In this document: positions 31,566 to 43,215 of the stretch, piece after piece | Position numbering within the stretch: the stretch's first letter is position 1 | How the letters are laid out: each line of letters opens with the position of its first letter | From: a virus | Taxonomy: Duplodnaviria > Caudoviricetes | Length of the DNA stretch: 64,000 bases | Virus record (IMG/VR): IMGVR_UViG_3300029305_003084 | Direction: 5' to 3' (one strand) | The notes under the pieces: model-generated | What the model was told of the DNA's origin: nothing | Database searches by the model: none | The model's input: only the letters and a program-made list of their open reading frames with translations | Translations under genes and position numbers: made by a program

Positions 31566-34247
31566 TTAGATAATATCGATAATGATATCATCCTTACTAA
31601 GAGTTAAATATTCAGGTACATAATTAATGCGTTCTTCTTTCGTTAATGTATCTAAATCCACTGTAGTATTTTCAATAGCTTGGACTTCTGTAGGATACTC
31701 ATTAATTCCACAGAATTTCAGATATTCAATACTACTAAAATTATTCTCTAATGCTTTAATTAAATTAGAAATATAGATGGAGTTAGTTCCCGCATTATTA
31801 ATACCTTCAATATATTCCTTAATAAATAATTTAATATTTTCAATGAATTCAATTTCATCAGTACCAAATACTGGGTGAATCTTGAAATGAATTGAAATAT
31901 TAACTTTATCCAATCTATTTACAGTTACGTAATCATCAACATAAAAGTTTTTAGATCTACCATAAGTATTATAAAATTTAAGATCTATTGAGAAATTATT
32001 TGTAATCTTGTCAATAATATTTAACAAATATCCATACTGGATTCTCATAGTAGATACAAATTTTGAAGATAATCCTTCATCTGCAACAATAGATGCTTTT
32101 AATAATGGTACTGATTTAATTGTAGTGGTATATGTATTTCCAGTTTCTTTTCCAGTCTCATCGATTACACCGTCATTATTTGACTTAAATACAACTGTAC
32201 TATTCATCATTTCAACAGGTTCAATAAATGTAACTGGATTAGATTTTGTTGAATATTTATTTGTGAATGTAGGAATTGTATTATATACATCCTCATTATA
32301 ATAAGTATAAATATTTAATAATGTATTATTCATAGATACCATATGAGTACCACCTATGGTATTAGAGTGGACATCATATGCGTTGACTATTCTGAATTTA
32401 CCTTTATCAGAAATGTAATCATCAGTTTCGATATTACACCCAAATGTATATGTGTTTAATTCAAGATCATATTCTTCTAATTGCATCCAATAGTAACATG
32501 TATCAATACCATTATCACCATTAAATGCCAGTTTTACTCTAATACTATTTGTAATGTCATCAGTATATTCACCAGTCTCGTTATTGATAATGGTACGAAT
32601 AACCATCGGTTTATCTAATTCAGAAGTTGGTGTGAACATGATTTTTACATGATAACTGTTCTCACCAATGAGTGAATTACGTTTAACATTCATTTGATTG
32701 CATACGAATTGTACTAATGAATTTCGATCAGCTTCCATATAATCTACAACATAATCATTATTGACTGTGGTTAAATAATATGCTATAGATGTTGGATTTT
32801 TCATAAAATAGATTAAAAATGGATTACTGTATATAAATTGATCGCTTAATGTATTATAATTTGTTAAGTCTGCAGTACTCATTAATACAGTATCTAAACT
32901 ATCATCTTTATATGTGAATATATGACCAGGTTTGATTATAGAAATATCACTCTGATCAATCTCTTCATCGAAATCCGTTGCAGTTAACTCGATATTTAAT
33001 GTATTTGTATGGAATATTTCATCAGTACTGTCTTTAAATATAGTAAACGATGAAAACATTCGTTCAAATATATCATCTCGTGTTTTAATGAATAAAATAT
33101 CAGAATTGAACTTATTATTGAATCTATCAAAATATAACTGTAGATCATTTTCATTTGTATATGATCCTACAGTAGAAAACATCTCGACAGTTAATCTTTT
33201 CAATTCATCAACACTCATTGGTGCTGCACCATTATATGAACCACCCATAGGGATTGCAAATACAGGTAATTGATTGTTATAATCATATACTTGAGAACTA
33301 GGAGTTACTACAATATCTGATCCAACATAAGAGTCGAAATTACCTTCAGGCCCCATAGTGGTATAATAATTAATAATGATTTCACTATTATATTCTGGAT
33401 AGAAATAGTTATCTCTAGATGAGAAAGAAATTTCTAATTTATTTTCATCTACTATTTTATAATAGCAGAAGGGATTTTTTACAGGAGTAGTACCATTTAA
33501 TCGTTTTTCTAATTGAGTATATTTAGTACTATCTGCAGGCTTATAAAATACTTCAAAATTAGCAAGATAGTTGTCAAATTGAATATTATAAATAGGAAGA
33601 TTAATTGTATCACTTGTGATAACATTATCTGCATTTACAAATTTGTCAACTTGATGAACCTTTGCTTCAATTTGTAAATAATGCATATTCTCATAGAATA
33701 CACGTTTAATTTTTAAATATGGTGATTGGACATTACTAATCGTATTATCAAATACTGTACCATATTCTTCTCTCATATATTCAGCAGTAAATACATATTC
33801 TGTAGTATATGATGGAATTTTATATTTAATTCGAATTGAATAATCTAACATAAAGTGAAGGTCTTCAACATCGATTAGCATATCTGAATCTAATATGAAT
33901 TCGTAAATATCTCCACTCTTTGTTCCATTATTAATTACAATATCTTCTGGAATAAATAAATACATTGTAGATTCTGAAGCAGTACCAAAATATCCATCAA
34001 TTTTGAATAGTGTTGCATTGTTATATATAGTTTCAGGCATAATTGCTAAATGAGGAAACATCTCATTTAAGTATACACTGACTGTATTAAATGCATCTTC
34101 GGTACTAGTACCAACTAAATCTGTCATAAAACCTAATGCACCGACATTTAAGTCATTGGTTTTATCCATATTAAAATATTTTGGGGCTAATTGACCCATA
34201 ACGAATTTTTTCATGTTATGGATAGTAGAATAGTCTCTAATAGCCAT
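31566..34247 (-). CDS. Baseplate wedge subunit (T4 gp6-like)
   Basis: YTTMGPEGN, GGSYNGAAPMSVDELKR, TNENDLQ and IYISNLIKALE patterns of baseplate J/gp6 proteins. Confidence 0.7.
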   Translation of the reverse strand: MAIRDYSTIHNMKKFVMGQLAPKYFNMDKTNDLNVGALGFMTDLVGTSTEDAFNTVSVYLNEMFPHLAIMPETIYNNATLFKIDGYFGTASESTMYLFIPEDIVINNGTKSGDIYEFILDSDMLIDVEDLHFMLDYSIRIKYKIPSYTTEYVFTAEYMREEYGTVFDNTISNVQSPYLKIKRVFYENMHYLQIEAKVHQVDKFVNADNVITSDTINLPIYNIQFDNYLANFEVFYKPADSTKYTQLEKRLNGTTPVKNPFCYYKIVDENKLEISFSSRDNYFYPEYNSEIIINYYTTMGPEGNFDSYVGSDIVVTPSSQVYDYNNQLPVFAIPMGGSYNGAAPMSVDELKRLTVEMFSTVGSYTNENDLQLYFDRFNNKFNSDILFIKTRDDIFERMFSSFTIFKDSTDEIFHTNTLNIELTATDFDEEIDQSDISIIKPGHIFTYKDDSLDTVLMSTADLTNYNTLSDQFIYSNPFLIYFMKNPTSIAYYLTTVNNDYVVDYMEADRNSLVQFVCNQMNVKRNSLIGENSYHVKIMFTPTSELDKPMVIRTIINNETGEYTDDITNSIRVKLAFNGDNGIDTCYYWMQLEEYDLELNTYTFGCNIETDDYISDKGKFRIVNAYDVHSNTIGGTHMVSMNNTLLNIYTYYNEDVYNTIPTFTNKYSTKSNPVTFIEPVEMMNSTVVFKSNNDGVIDETGKETGNTYTTTIKSVPLLKASIVADEGLSSKFVSTMRIQYGYLLNIIDKITNNFSIDLKFYNTYGRSKNFYVDDYVTVNRLDKVNISIHFKIHPVFGTDEIEFIENIKLFIKEYIEGINNAGTNSIYISNLIKALENNFSSIEYLKFCGINEYPTEVQAIENTTVDLDTLTKEERINYVPEYLTLSKDDIIIDII

Positions 34248-34266
34248 ATATAATAATCACCACCAT

Positions 34267-35931
34267 TTACGGCATTTTAAATCTTAATTTAAACGTATAA
34301 CCATTATTACCTACAGATGTTTCAATGAACGGAGCACCTACAAAGGTTTTACCTGTAGTGGTTATCATATTTTCATACGTTTTGGCATATCTGATTGAAC
34401 TACCTGTTGATTTACTATTAATATTAAATTCAGCTAAACTTAATGGACTAAAGTCCTCTTTCCAGCTATATTCATAGTTAATTGTAAAATCAGGTAATCT
34501 AACATTATTGCCCTTACTCCAAGATGAAGCTGCTGATGGTGTATTTGTGGGAAATACACCAGTGTATTTGCTCCAAAATAGAATAGTTTCACCATCTGGA
34601 GCACATAAGAAATAGTATACTGAGCAAGCATAATCTAATACTCTTGCACGTATATTATCTGTTCGAGATCTAAATTCTCCACGATATACTTTTGAAATAT
34701 AATCAGTCCATGCTTTATGAATTTTATAGATATTATAATCTTGATCATCGATATAACTGATAGAAAATGAGTCTGCAGTTTTAGATTCAATATTATGGCG
34801 ACCATATTTCATTTTATGACCAGTAAAAGTTTGGGCAGTTTCAATACTCTGTACAACTTCGTCTTTTAGTTCAAAACTACCTGCCATATTAGATAAGAAT
34901 GGATTAAAATCATGACTCTTATCAAAATCACGAGTTAAAGATCTTAATAAATTTGGAGTATTTTTATTCAAATAATAAAACGTTGGATCTATTGCAACAC
35001 GCTCAAGCATAATACCATCATTATCATATAGATTTAAATCAGGTCTTGTAAAAAATAGATGAGAGAATGAGTTTGTTAATTGTAAATCTGGATAAACTAA
35101 TTTAAATCTATTAAATTTATTCATCATATTATGCTTAATATCATCAACATTACCTTTTCGAATACCGATATTTAAATTCTGCTCAATTATTTTCAATTCA
35201 TTGTCAAAAGAACTGTAATCATTAAAAAATGATGTTCTATTAATCCTTAACGGACTAATAGCAATTTCATTTACTGTACTTCCACCACCAGTTCTAGATG
35301 GCCATACTGAAGATGACGAGCCTCCTAAATTGTCTTTGGATTCAATATTTGATTTAACACCACTGGTTATCGCTGTAGCCATATTACTAATACTATTTGT
35401 AATCTGAGTATTAGTACCTTTAGTATTTTCAAATTTAAGATATTTGCTTTGGACATATAACGAATCACCAATTTTACACCATCCGCTACTGTATTGCTCA
35501 TACACTACAACAGTTCTATTTTTTTCAAGAGTTAATACAATTGATGATTTTTCGGATGGTTTACTATATACATTCAATATTGATGTGTTTACAGTAGCAG
35601 TTTTTCTTGTTTTATCTGTAATAGTTTCATTATTAGTTGAAACTAAAGACTCATCATAATCAATTTCTTTCCAACTAACTAAATGTCCTTTGTTTAACCA
35701 CACATAAACTGTTCCATTATAGTTTATTTTATATGATGCTGGGTCAATTAATTTATAATAATTATTTGTACCCCCATCAGCAGGGTCACAATAAAAAGTT
35801 TTTCCGTCTGGACAATTTTTTTTATATAGAATACCAGGTGAAGGTGATTTCTTTGTCATAGATGTTCTAGTGAAAACAGCGGTATTTTCACCATTAACAC
35901 TATTAAAAATACATTCTAGTCGTTTAGCCAT
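34267..35931 (-). CDS. Tail/baseplate protein with SH3b-like N-terminal domains and tube-like C-terminus
   Basis: LNVYSKPS...GWCKIG SH3b; FFTRPDLN and KYTGVFPT motifs; late promoter. Confidence 0.6.
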   Translation of the reverse strand: MAKRLECIFNSVNGENTAVFTRTSMTKKSPSPGILYKKNCPDGKTFYCDPADGGTNNYYKLIDPASYKINYNGTVYVWLNKGHLVSWKEIDYDESLVSTNNETITDKTRKTATVNTSILNVYSKPSEKSSIVLTLEKNRTVVVYEQYSSGWCKIGDSLYVQSKYLKFENTKGTNTQITNSISNMATAITSGVKSNIESKDNLGGSSSSVWPSRTGGGSTVNEIAISPLRINRTSFFNDYSSFDNELKIIEQNLNIGIRKGNVDDIKHNMMNKFNRFKLVYPDLQLTNSFSHLFFTRPDLNLYDNDGIMLERVAIDPTFYYLNKNTPNLLRSLTRDFDKSHDFNPFLSNMAGSFELKDEVVQSIETAQTFTGHKMKYGRHNIESKTADSFSISYIDDQDYNIYKIHKAWTDYISKVYRGEFRSRTDNIRARVLDYACSVYYFLCAPDGETILFWSKYTGVFPTNTPSAASSWSKGNNVRLPDFTINYEYSWKEDFSPLSLAEFNINSKSTGSSIRYAKTYENMITTTGKTFVGAPFIETSVGNNGYTFKLRFKMP

Positions 35932-36392
35932 TTTATTCTTTCACCTCACAATTTTACGAAAGTAATCGGTTTTATATATTTGTTTTATATGCGAAAAATC
36001 AAAGGAAAAATCAATTATATATTATATCTATAAGCACTTAAAAAATATTAATACATTTTTTAGTATATCTTAGGGATGCGGTAGTGCTTTATATTATGAA
36101 TGTCACCCTCAAATTATTGTCATTTTATTACTACGTATTAGTAATACAAATAAGAAACATTTATAAGGAGATGACATTTTTGTATAGACATACCACATCA
36201 AAGAGATCACATACAGTAAGTAATACGGACATTTTGGTTACAATTGGTCAAATTCTAGTCTCTATTAAAAATATTAATAAAAAATAATTAAATTATAACC
36301 TTATATCCGCGAAAACTTAAGGTATACTTTTTTTTGTTTTAAAACAAATATATAAATATCATATTATGTAGAAAGGTGGGAAATCGTATAAG

Positions 36393-37706
36393 ATGGGTAC
36401 TTTAAGAGATGTACTTGATGCTATCGGCGATCTTAAGAAAAACGCTTCAGAAGTCGGTAGAGATGTTTCAAAATTAAAGCGTTCTTCATCCTCTATTTCA
36501 TCTAGAGCATCTGAAGGCATTTTACAATTTCCTGTAATTGTGAGTTCTTCTATTGATGTTGAGACTGCTCAGATGACATCAAAGGCATTAGAACGTAATT
36601 ATGCTACCTTTGCACAGGTAGTATTTTCTATGTCACCCACTTTAAAATATCATGATGGTGTAAATGCTACTGAATATTTAAGACAGTTCCATCAGAATAA
36701 TCCCAATATTTTTGATATTGAACTGAATCTTGAAGAAAATGCTATTCGTTTTCTAAATGAATCAGTTAACTATATGAAAATTAAAGATGATAGTTACGAG
36801 ATTTTATCTGCTACTTATGAAGGTAGTACTAGTACTATCAGAGCTCAGAATAAAGAACAAGCAATTGATTTAATGGAACATGTTCGTCATGATATTTTAA
36901 ATAGAAAATATACTCCCAAATCTGAAGTTATTTATAAATTTAAAGATAGTGCTATTAGCGAAAAACATAATAAGATTGTAACTGAAGCATCTAAAGATGA
37001 AGATGAATATAAATTTGATAAGAAAAATATTGAATTATTTAAAAATGTTTTAACTGATAATGATGTTAAAAAATCCAATGAATTAGTTGCAACTACTCTA
37101 CATTTAAGAATTAAGTTAATTAATGATAATGGTGAGTACGTTGGTACTATGGATTTCATTGTTGGTATTAAAGCATATATGCATCTTGTTAAATCTAGTG
37201 AGATGATTAAAAATATGACTTCTGCATGTGTAAATAATGATAAAATTTTTAATTTCTTACGTTGGACAACTGGTGAAATTTCTTTCTTTAAGGATTTCTT
37301 ATTCAACGTCAAAGAAATTAAGAGTGATATCTCTGACATGAGTAAAGGTGCATCTTCTTGGTGGACTACATTAAAGCATAGAAAAGCATTATCTACCATT
37401 GGTAATAGTGTATTATCTAAAAAGGGTATTATTCCCAATGCTACTATTGTAATTTCTGCTGAAGAAGTTGAGTATATTAGAACTGAATATGGTTATGATC
37501 TAAAGGATATTCAGTTTATTAATAAAATCATGAGAGAATATTTCTTACTTGGTTTTGTTATTGTCGATAGCTCTGCACAGCTAGTACATTTCTATTTTGA
37601 TAAGGATAGAGATGTTCAGACTGTTTCTTTCTCTGCATTAGAGAAAACCAATGTTAACTCTGAACGTACATTCAGAGAAATGCTAAAAACTATGAATCGT
37701 ATTTAA
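36393..37706 (+). CDS. Virion structural protein
   Basis: Late promoter 36343; LQFPVIVS N-terminus; first gene of the head cluster. Confidence 0.6.
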   Translation: MGTLRDVLDAIGDLKKNASEVGRDVSKLKRSSSSISSRASEGILQFPVIVSSSIDVETAQMTSKALERNYATFAQVVFSMSPTLKYHDGVNATEYLRQFHQNNPNIFDIELNLEENAIRFLNESVNYMKIKDDSYEILSATYEGSTSTIRAQNKEQAIDLMEHVRHDILNRKYTPKSEVIYKFKDSAISEKHNKIVTEASKDEDEYKFDKKNIELFKNVLTDNDVKKSNELVATTLHLRIKLINDNGEYVGTMDFIVGIKAYMHLVKSSEMIKNMTSACVNNDKIFNFLRWTTGEISFFKDFLFNVKEIKSDISDMSKGASSWWTTLKHRKALSTIGNSVLSKKGIIPNATIVISAEEVEYIRTEYGYDLKDIQFINKIMREYFLLGFVIVDSSAQLVHFYFDKDRDVQTVSFSALEKTNVNSERTFREMLKTMNRI

Positions 37707-37729
37707 TTAGATTGAGGAGGTGAGAAATT

Positions 37730-38719
37730 ATGAGAAGTAATCCTGCAATTAATATCTTTCTTGAAAATGTTAATACATTTAAAGAAAGACGTGAAATTTT
37801 TTCACTAACTGAAGCAGAAGAGATTAAACTTAGTAATAATATGATTACTAAGTTATATACTTCAGCAATTAATAAGAAACATGTTAACTTTGAAGGTATT
37901 CCTCAGTCTAAAGGTGATGTTACTAAGTATTCTGGATATACATCTATGGTTGAATCACTAACATTATTACGTCAGATTGCTGATAATAATAATCATAAAA
38001 TCGATGAGATTGGGATTGTTGAAAAGGCATTAGGTAATATTGTTGCATACCGTGATGTATTTGAAAAAGGATTTAAGTTAAATAAAGAATTCATCATTAT
38101 GGAATACAATGTTTTAGTATATACATGTGTAAGTGCAATTAGTTATCTAATCGTATCTTATGTTGAATATATTAAACGGATTGATAAGATCGAATTCTCA
38201 ATTGTTGATTCTAGATATGGTACTGGTTATATTGGTATTTCTTCACTAGACTCTTTCAATAAGTCTGTCGCTAGTGGAGACTTTGCTAAAAGTATCAATT
38301 CTGTTGTCAAATCAGGTGTTCATGAATCTTTAAGCGTTGCTGCTGGTGTTGCTGGTGGTATTATTCTAGGTTCTATTGGATTAGTTGCTATTATTCGTAG
38401 AATGATTTTCCAATTCTATTATAGTAGAATGAAACTATCTAACTATTTAGAAGTTCAGGCATATTTCTTAGAGCTAAATAAGAATAATATCAATGCAAAT
38501 TCCAATAGAATGTCACCTGATAAAAAGAAAGAAGTTATCAGAAAACAGGAAGCATTAATTGCTAAGCTTCATAGTTATGCTGATAAGTTAAAGGTTGATT
38601 CTACTATGACAGATAAAAAGGTAGAATCTGAGATTAAAAAAGAAAATAGTGGCTGGACACTAAATAATATTAAGTCAGAAGTAAATTCAACTGATGATAC
38701 TGGAATTTTATTAATATAA
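37730..38719 (+). CDS. Virion structural protein with a hydrophobic segment
   Basis: GAGGAGG SD; VAAGVAGGIILGSIGLVAII. Confidence 0.6.
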   Translation: MRSNPAINIFLENVNTFKERREIFSLTEAEEIKLSNNMITKLYTSAINKKHVNFEGIPQSKGDVTKYSGYTSMVESLTLLRQIADNNNHKIDEIGIVEKALGNIVAYRDVFEKGFKLNKEFIIMEYNVLVYTCVSAISYLIVSYVEYIKRIDKIEFSIVDSRYGTGYIGISSLDSFNKSVASGDFAKSINSVVKSGVHESLSVAAGVAGGIILGSIGLVAIIRRMIFQFYYSRMKLSNYLEVQAYFLELNKNNINANSNRMSPDKKKEVIRKQEALIAKLHSYADKLKVDSTMTDKKVESEIKKENSGWTLNNIKSEVNSTDDTGILLI

Positions 38720-38812
38720 CAATATTGTAATATAGACATCATTGAATACTTTGTTAAATGACTTAATATAAAAACATTTTAATAAAATGAATAGAAAGGA
38801 CTGAAATTACTT

Positions 38813-39865
38813 ATGGGAATTTTTACTAATAAAGCAACTGCCACCGATCTCGAATTCGAGCTTCGTGAAGGTTTTGAGTATGGCATGAATGCCCATTTTG
38901 ATATTTTCATGGAATCTCTAGATGATGATATGCTAATTCTAGAGTCTATGTATGCTTATGACATGGCTGAAATCGAACAGAGTCGTATCGTAGCTGAAGC
39001 TGCTGAGAAGGGCGAAGAGGAAGAAGAAGCCGCTAAGGAAGAGAAGAGCAAGGTCATGGAAGCTTCTGCTAAGGAAGTTTTCACCAAGATCAAGACTGCT
39101 GTTCAGAAGTTCTTTAAGAGCGTTTTAAGCTGGTTCGAAGGCATCATTAATCGTGTTAGAGCTATTGCTATGAATGGTGAAGACTTCGAAAAGAAGTTTG
39201 GTGCTAAGGTTAAGGAAGCTAAGATGAGCGATCCTATCAATGTTGAAGGCTATAAGTTTGATACTGATCACTTATTTGATTCTAAATCAGTTAATGAAGG
39301 TAAAGCTTTAAGTAGACATGATTTTGAAATTGATGTTAGTGTATTTTTCGGTAGTCAGTTTGACACTAATGAAAAGTTAACTAAAGTTGAAGATGAAATT
39401 AAGAAGAGTGGAACATTTGAAGTTTATGAAATGCTTGGAGCTGTTCTAGGCGTTAATATTAGTAGTGCATCCGATGCAGATGAAGTATTATTTGACTATT
39501 TCTATGGTAAGGGTGCTAAGAAAAACGGCAAGCAGAAGATGAATATTACTAAGAATATGGTTCTTGAATATCTCAATAATTTAGCAAAGTCTACTTCTAT
39601 GCTAAAGGATTTACAGAAGGCTAAAGAAGTAACTAAGACTGAAGCAAATGCGATTATTCGTGGTATTGATAAGGCGGCTAATGAGTCTAAAAAGAAGGAT
39701 GATCCTTTAGAAAGTAGACGTATGGGTGTTGTCCGTCTAACCATTCAGTGTATTAAGAATGCTCAGACTGCTACTATTCGTATGATTAATGTTTGGAGTA
39801 GTGCTCTTGGTGCTTATGTAAACTTTGCAAAGAGCGTCTGCCTAAGTGCAATGAGAAGTAAGTAA
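38813..39865 (+). CDS. Internal head protein (paralog family)
   Basis: Acidic propeptide, then VMEAS followed by an amphipathic KIK...F...W helix; high-expression codon bias. Confidence 0.6.
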   Translation: MGIFTNKATATDLEFELREGFEYGMNAHFDIFMESLDDDMLILESMYAYDMAEIEQSRIVAEAAEKGEEEEEAAKEEKSKVMEASAKEVFTKIKTAVQKFFKSVLSWFEGIINRVRAIAMNGEDFEKKFGAKVKEAKMSDPINVEGYKFDTDHLFDSKSVNEGKALSRHDFEIDVSVFFGSQFDTNEKLTKVEDEIKKSGTFEVYEMLGAVLGVNISSASDADEVLFDYFYGKGAKKNGKQKMNITKNMVLEYLNNLAKSTSMLKDLQKAKEVTKTEANAIIRGIDKAANESKKKDDPLESRRMGVVRLTIQCIKNAQTATIRMINVWSSALGAYVNFAKSVCLSAMRSK

Positions 39866-39908
39866 TTTTTTATTATTTTCTCTTATTTGAAAGGAGTGTA
39901 ATATACAT

Positions 39909-40895
39909 ATGTCTATTTTTACTAAGACTCCCGTTTTTGAAGCAAGTGTCGAAAACGAGATTGAATTTGCAGATGTATATCCTACCGTAGAATCTGGTAT
40001 GGAGATTGCTTTTGAGTCCTTTGCAGGTATCTCTAAGCTAACTGCAGGTCTATATATTGCAGATATTATGACTGAGAATGCTATTTTTGAAGGCTCTCAG
40101 ACTGTAGAAGATGGTGCTTCTGTAATGGAAGCTTCTGTTAAAGAGTATGCTAAGAAGGTTAAAGACAACCTAATTAAGCTAAAGAATAAGATCATTGACT
40201 GGTTTAAGAAGATTCAGACTCGTGTATTCGTAAAGTTTATGGATGCTGCTAAGTTTGTTAAGCAGTATGAGTCTGAGATTCTAAAGAAGGCCGGTAAGGT
40301 CGACTTCTATTTCAATGGTTATGAGTATAATGAGTCTCCTGCTGATGCTAGTAAGGAAGCGATTTCTACTCTAAAGGGTATGGTTGATGATGTACTAAAG
40401 GTAGACAACCGTGCTGAAAATCTAGAGAAGGTTCAGAAGATGGATGAAGCTGCTACTAAGAAGGCTAACATCAATGAACTTAAGAAGTATATTACTGAAA
40501 CCTGCCGTGGTAAAGAAAAGCAGAAGGATATCAGAATTACCGAATCTATGGTAAAGAAGATGATCGATGCTGTTAAGAATCACAGTGGTCAGGTTAAAGC
40601 TATGACTGACTTTAAAGATGATACCGTAAAGGCTATCAACGATATTATTGCTGACATGGATAAGACCAAGGATACTGCAGCAGCATCTGTTGTTACTGCA
40701 AAGACCCGTATGGCTAACCGTGCAGTTACTGCTATGCAGTCTATCAACTCTCACTGTGTTGGTTTAATGAACGAGATGTACAGCCAGTATGGTGCTATTC
40801 TAAAGAGAGTTTTCAATACTAAGGTTGCTGCTGAGTCTGCTGAGTTTGAAGAATCTGGTGATTCTCTACTAGAGGCTGCAATGGCTCTAATCTAA
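39909..40895 (+). CDS. Internal head protein (paralog family)
   Basis: VMEASVKEYAKKVKDNLIKLKNKIIDWF, paralogous to 38813. Confidence 0.6.
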   Translation: MSIFTKTPVFEASVENEIEFADVYPTVESGMEIAFESFAGISKLTAGLYIADIMTENAIFEGSQTVEDGASVMEASVKEYAKKVKDNLIKLKNKIIDWFKKIQTRVFVKFMDAAKFVKQYESEILKKAGKVDFYFNGYEYNESPADASKEAISTLKGMVDDVLKVDNRAENLEKVQKMDEAATKKANINELKKYITETCRGKEKQKDIRITESMVKKMIDAVKNHSGQVKAMTDFKDDTVKAINDIIADMDKTKDTAAASVVTAKTRMANRAVTAMQSINSHCVGLMNEMYSQYGAILKRVFNTKVAAESAEFEESGDSLLEAAMALI

Positions 40896-40994
40896 TTAAT
40901 ATTTATAAGACTTATAGGTATAGTTTTCTATACCTATAAGTCTTTTTATTTATCTACGTTTAACATTTAAATAATAGCGAAACGAGGTGATTAA

Positions 40995-42059
40995 ATGATT
41001 CCATCTGGTAGAATTTTTAAAAATGAAACTAATTTAAATTATCATAGACCGATTTCAGTAGAATCATATATGGAATCTGATTTAACCTATGATATTTATA
41101 ATATGCTTAATTATATAGAAGAAAATGCATTTAATGTATATACTGTATACATTAAACAAAAACATTACGCTGCATTAGAAAATGATACTAGTATATTACT
41201 AGAAGGTGCTAATGATATCAGAAAAGCAATTAATGATTTCTTCACTAAATTAATCAATAAATTAACTGAATTTCAACATATGTTTATTACAAGTACAAAA
41301 ACTTATATAACCACATTTTCTAAGTTTTTGAAAAATAATGAGGATAAAATAAAGTTATTACCTGATAAGCAAATTACTTTTGAAGGATATAATTTTACAA
41401 TAGACTTCGATATTCCGAAAACTAATATTGTGTATGATATTATATATGAATATAATTCACAAGTTGACAATATTGATATATTAACAAAGCAAGATATTGA
41501 TAAAAAAGTTGATTCTTTTAAAGTAGATAAAACTAAAGATAATATCAGAAGTAAAATTATTGGCAAATCTGTCAATACAAATAAATGTGGGTTTTATGAT
41601 GAAGTTGATAAGTTATTTAGAGATGATAAAACCGAACCATCTACATTAGTCATTGATAAAACTTACATTGTGGATGGACTAAATAACTATAAAGAAATTG
41701 AAAAATTAATTCAAAAAACTGCAAAAGAATTTAAAGAAATTGATAAGTGTTTAAAGAATCTAAAGAATATATTTAGTCGAAAGGTTCATATAAATAAAAA
41801 GAATAATACTGTAGTATTTAATAAAGCCACAATAAATGAAATGATTCCTATCGATGTAAATTGTGAAAACTATGATAATGTATTGCTTTATGAAGAATAT
41901 CTTCAGTATCAATTTAACTATACTAAATTTGTAACTACATGTATAGTTAATACATATATGCAGAAAGTAAAAGCTATTAAAGATTCTATGAAACAATATG
42001 AGAGAATCCTTAAATCATATATTAATGAAAAAGATGGTACCGAGGTGAAAGTAAAATGA
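40995..42059 (+). CDS. Internal head protein (paralog family)
   Basis: LLEGA followed by the same amphipathic helix, and FEGYNF as in the paralogs. Confidence 0.55.
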   Translation: MIPSGRIFKNETNLNYHRPISVESYMESDLTYDIYNMLNYIEENAFNVYTVYIKQKHYAALENDTSILLEGANDIRKAINDFFTKLINKLTEFQHMFITSTKTYITTFSKFLKNNEDKIKLLPDKQITFEGYNFTIDFDIPKTNIVYDIIYEYNSQVDNIDILTKQDIDKKVDSFKVDKTKDNIRSKIIGKSVNTNKCGFYDEVDKLFRDDKTEPSTLVIDKTYIVDGLNNYKEIEKLIQKTAKEFKEIDKCLKNLKNIFSRKVHINKKNNTVVFNKATINEMIPIDVNCENYDNVLLYEEYLQYQFNYTKFVTTCIVNTYMQKVKAIKDSMKQYERILKSYINEKDGTEVKVK

Positions 42060-43165
42060 TTAGATATTTATTAAATGAACAGTACCAATCTGATGTTGAA
42101 TTTAACGAGTATTTACAGGAAAGAATGGAAATTGAATCGGATATGATTCTTTCTTGTATGGAGAATAATGTTATTCTCGAAGCTGAAACAAATCAAGCAA
42201 CAAATAAAACATCCTGGTTAGATAAATCAAAAGAAGTTGTACACAGAATATTTGGTAAATTTATTGAAAAGTTCACAGATACTATTACTGATAAAAAATT
42301 AGAATGGTTTGAGAAGAATTATAGTAAATTTGCAAATATTGATTATAGTGGACTAAGTACAAATCTAACCCCTAGATGGAAATATAGTACTGATAAAATG
42401 ACTACTACCATGAATAACATCATTGGCATGTTAGATAGTAATAATAAGCCTAGTGCTACTGAATTGGATAATTTAACGAGTCGGGAAAATGTTGAAAAAT
42501 ATAAAGAGTTTGGTAAAATTACGATTAACGGTAAGAGTTTTGGTGAAAGTTTAAAAATTAAGTTTAGTGGTGGGACGACAGAAGAACCTAAACTTGTTAA
42601 TATCAATGAAAATTCTTCTCCTAAATTTTCTGACATTTGTTTAAATTATGCAATTCCTTATATTAGAAATTATAAGAAAAATGTAAATAACGCCAGAGCT
42701 TCTATGAGAAGTTATGATACAAAATTAGATAATATTAAACGAGAATTAGAGCGACGAGATAAGAATCAATTAAAAGAATCGTATTTTTTAATTGAAGAAT
42801 GTTATTTTGATGAATCTTCTTTATATTATCTATTAGAAGCAGATGAATCGGATACTAAAGCAGAAGGTTCAAAAATTATTGATAATAAAGATAATCAACC
42901 AAAAGAAGGTAAAGTTATTGATAACAATAAACTTGATACTAAAAATGATAATAAAAATGAGTTAGCCCAACTATCCACAAAAGAATTACAATATTATAAA
43001 ATCTGTATCAATTTAATTCAGTTAACTATTGCAACATATTTAACTGAAATTGAAAAGAGATTTAATATGTATATTCAAATTCTTCAGAATACATTAAATA
43101 GTAGAAAAGATACTATTAAAGAAGAATCTCAAAAAGAAGTAAAACAAGAAAAGAAGAATCAATAA
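42056..43165 (+). CDS. Internal head protein
   Basis: ILEAE and LLEAD cleavage-like sites. Confidence 0.5.
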   Translation: MIRYLLNEQYQSDVEFNEYLQERMEIESDMILSCMENNVILEAETNQATNKTSWLDKSKEVVHRIFGKFIEKFTDTITDKKLEWFEKNYSKFANIDYSGLSTNLTPRWKYSTDKMTTTMNNIIGMLDSNNKPSATELDNLTSRENVEKYKEFGKITINGKSFGESLKIKFSGGTTEEPKLVNINENSSPKFSDICLNYAIPYIRNYKKNVNNARASMRSYDTKLDNIKRELERRDKNQLKESYFLIEECYFDESSLYYLLEADESDTKAEGSKIIDNKDNQPKEGKVIDNNKLDTKNDNKNELAQLSTKELQYYKICINLIQLTIATYLTEIEKRFNMYIQILQNTLNSRKDTIKEESQKEVKQEKKNQ

Positions 43166-43215
43166 AAAAATAAACAGATATAGGATCATATAAAATATGC
43201 CTATATCTGTTTTTA

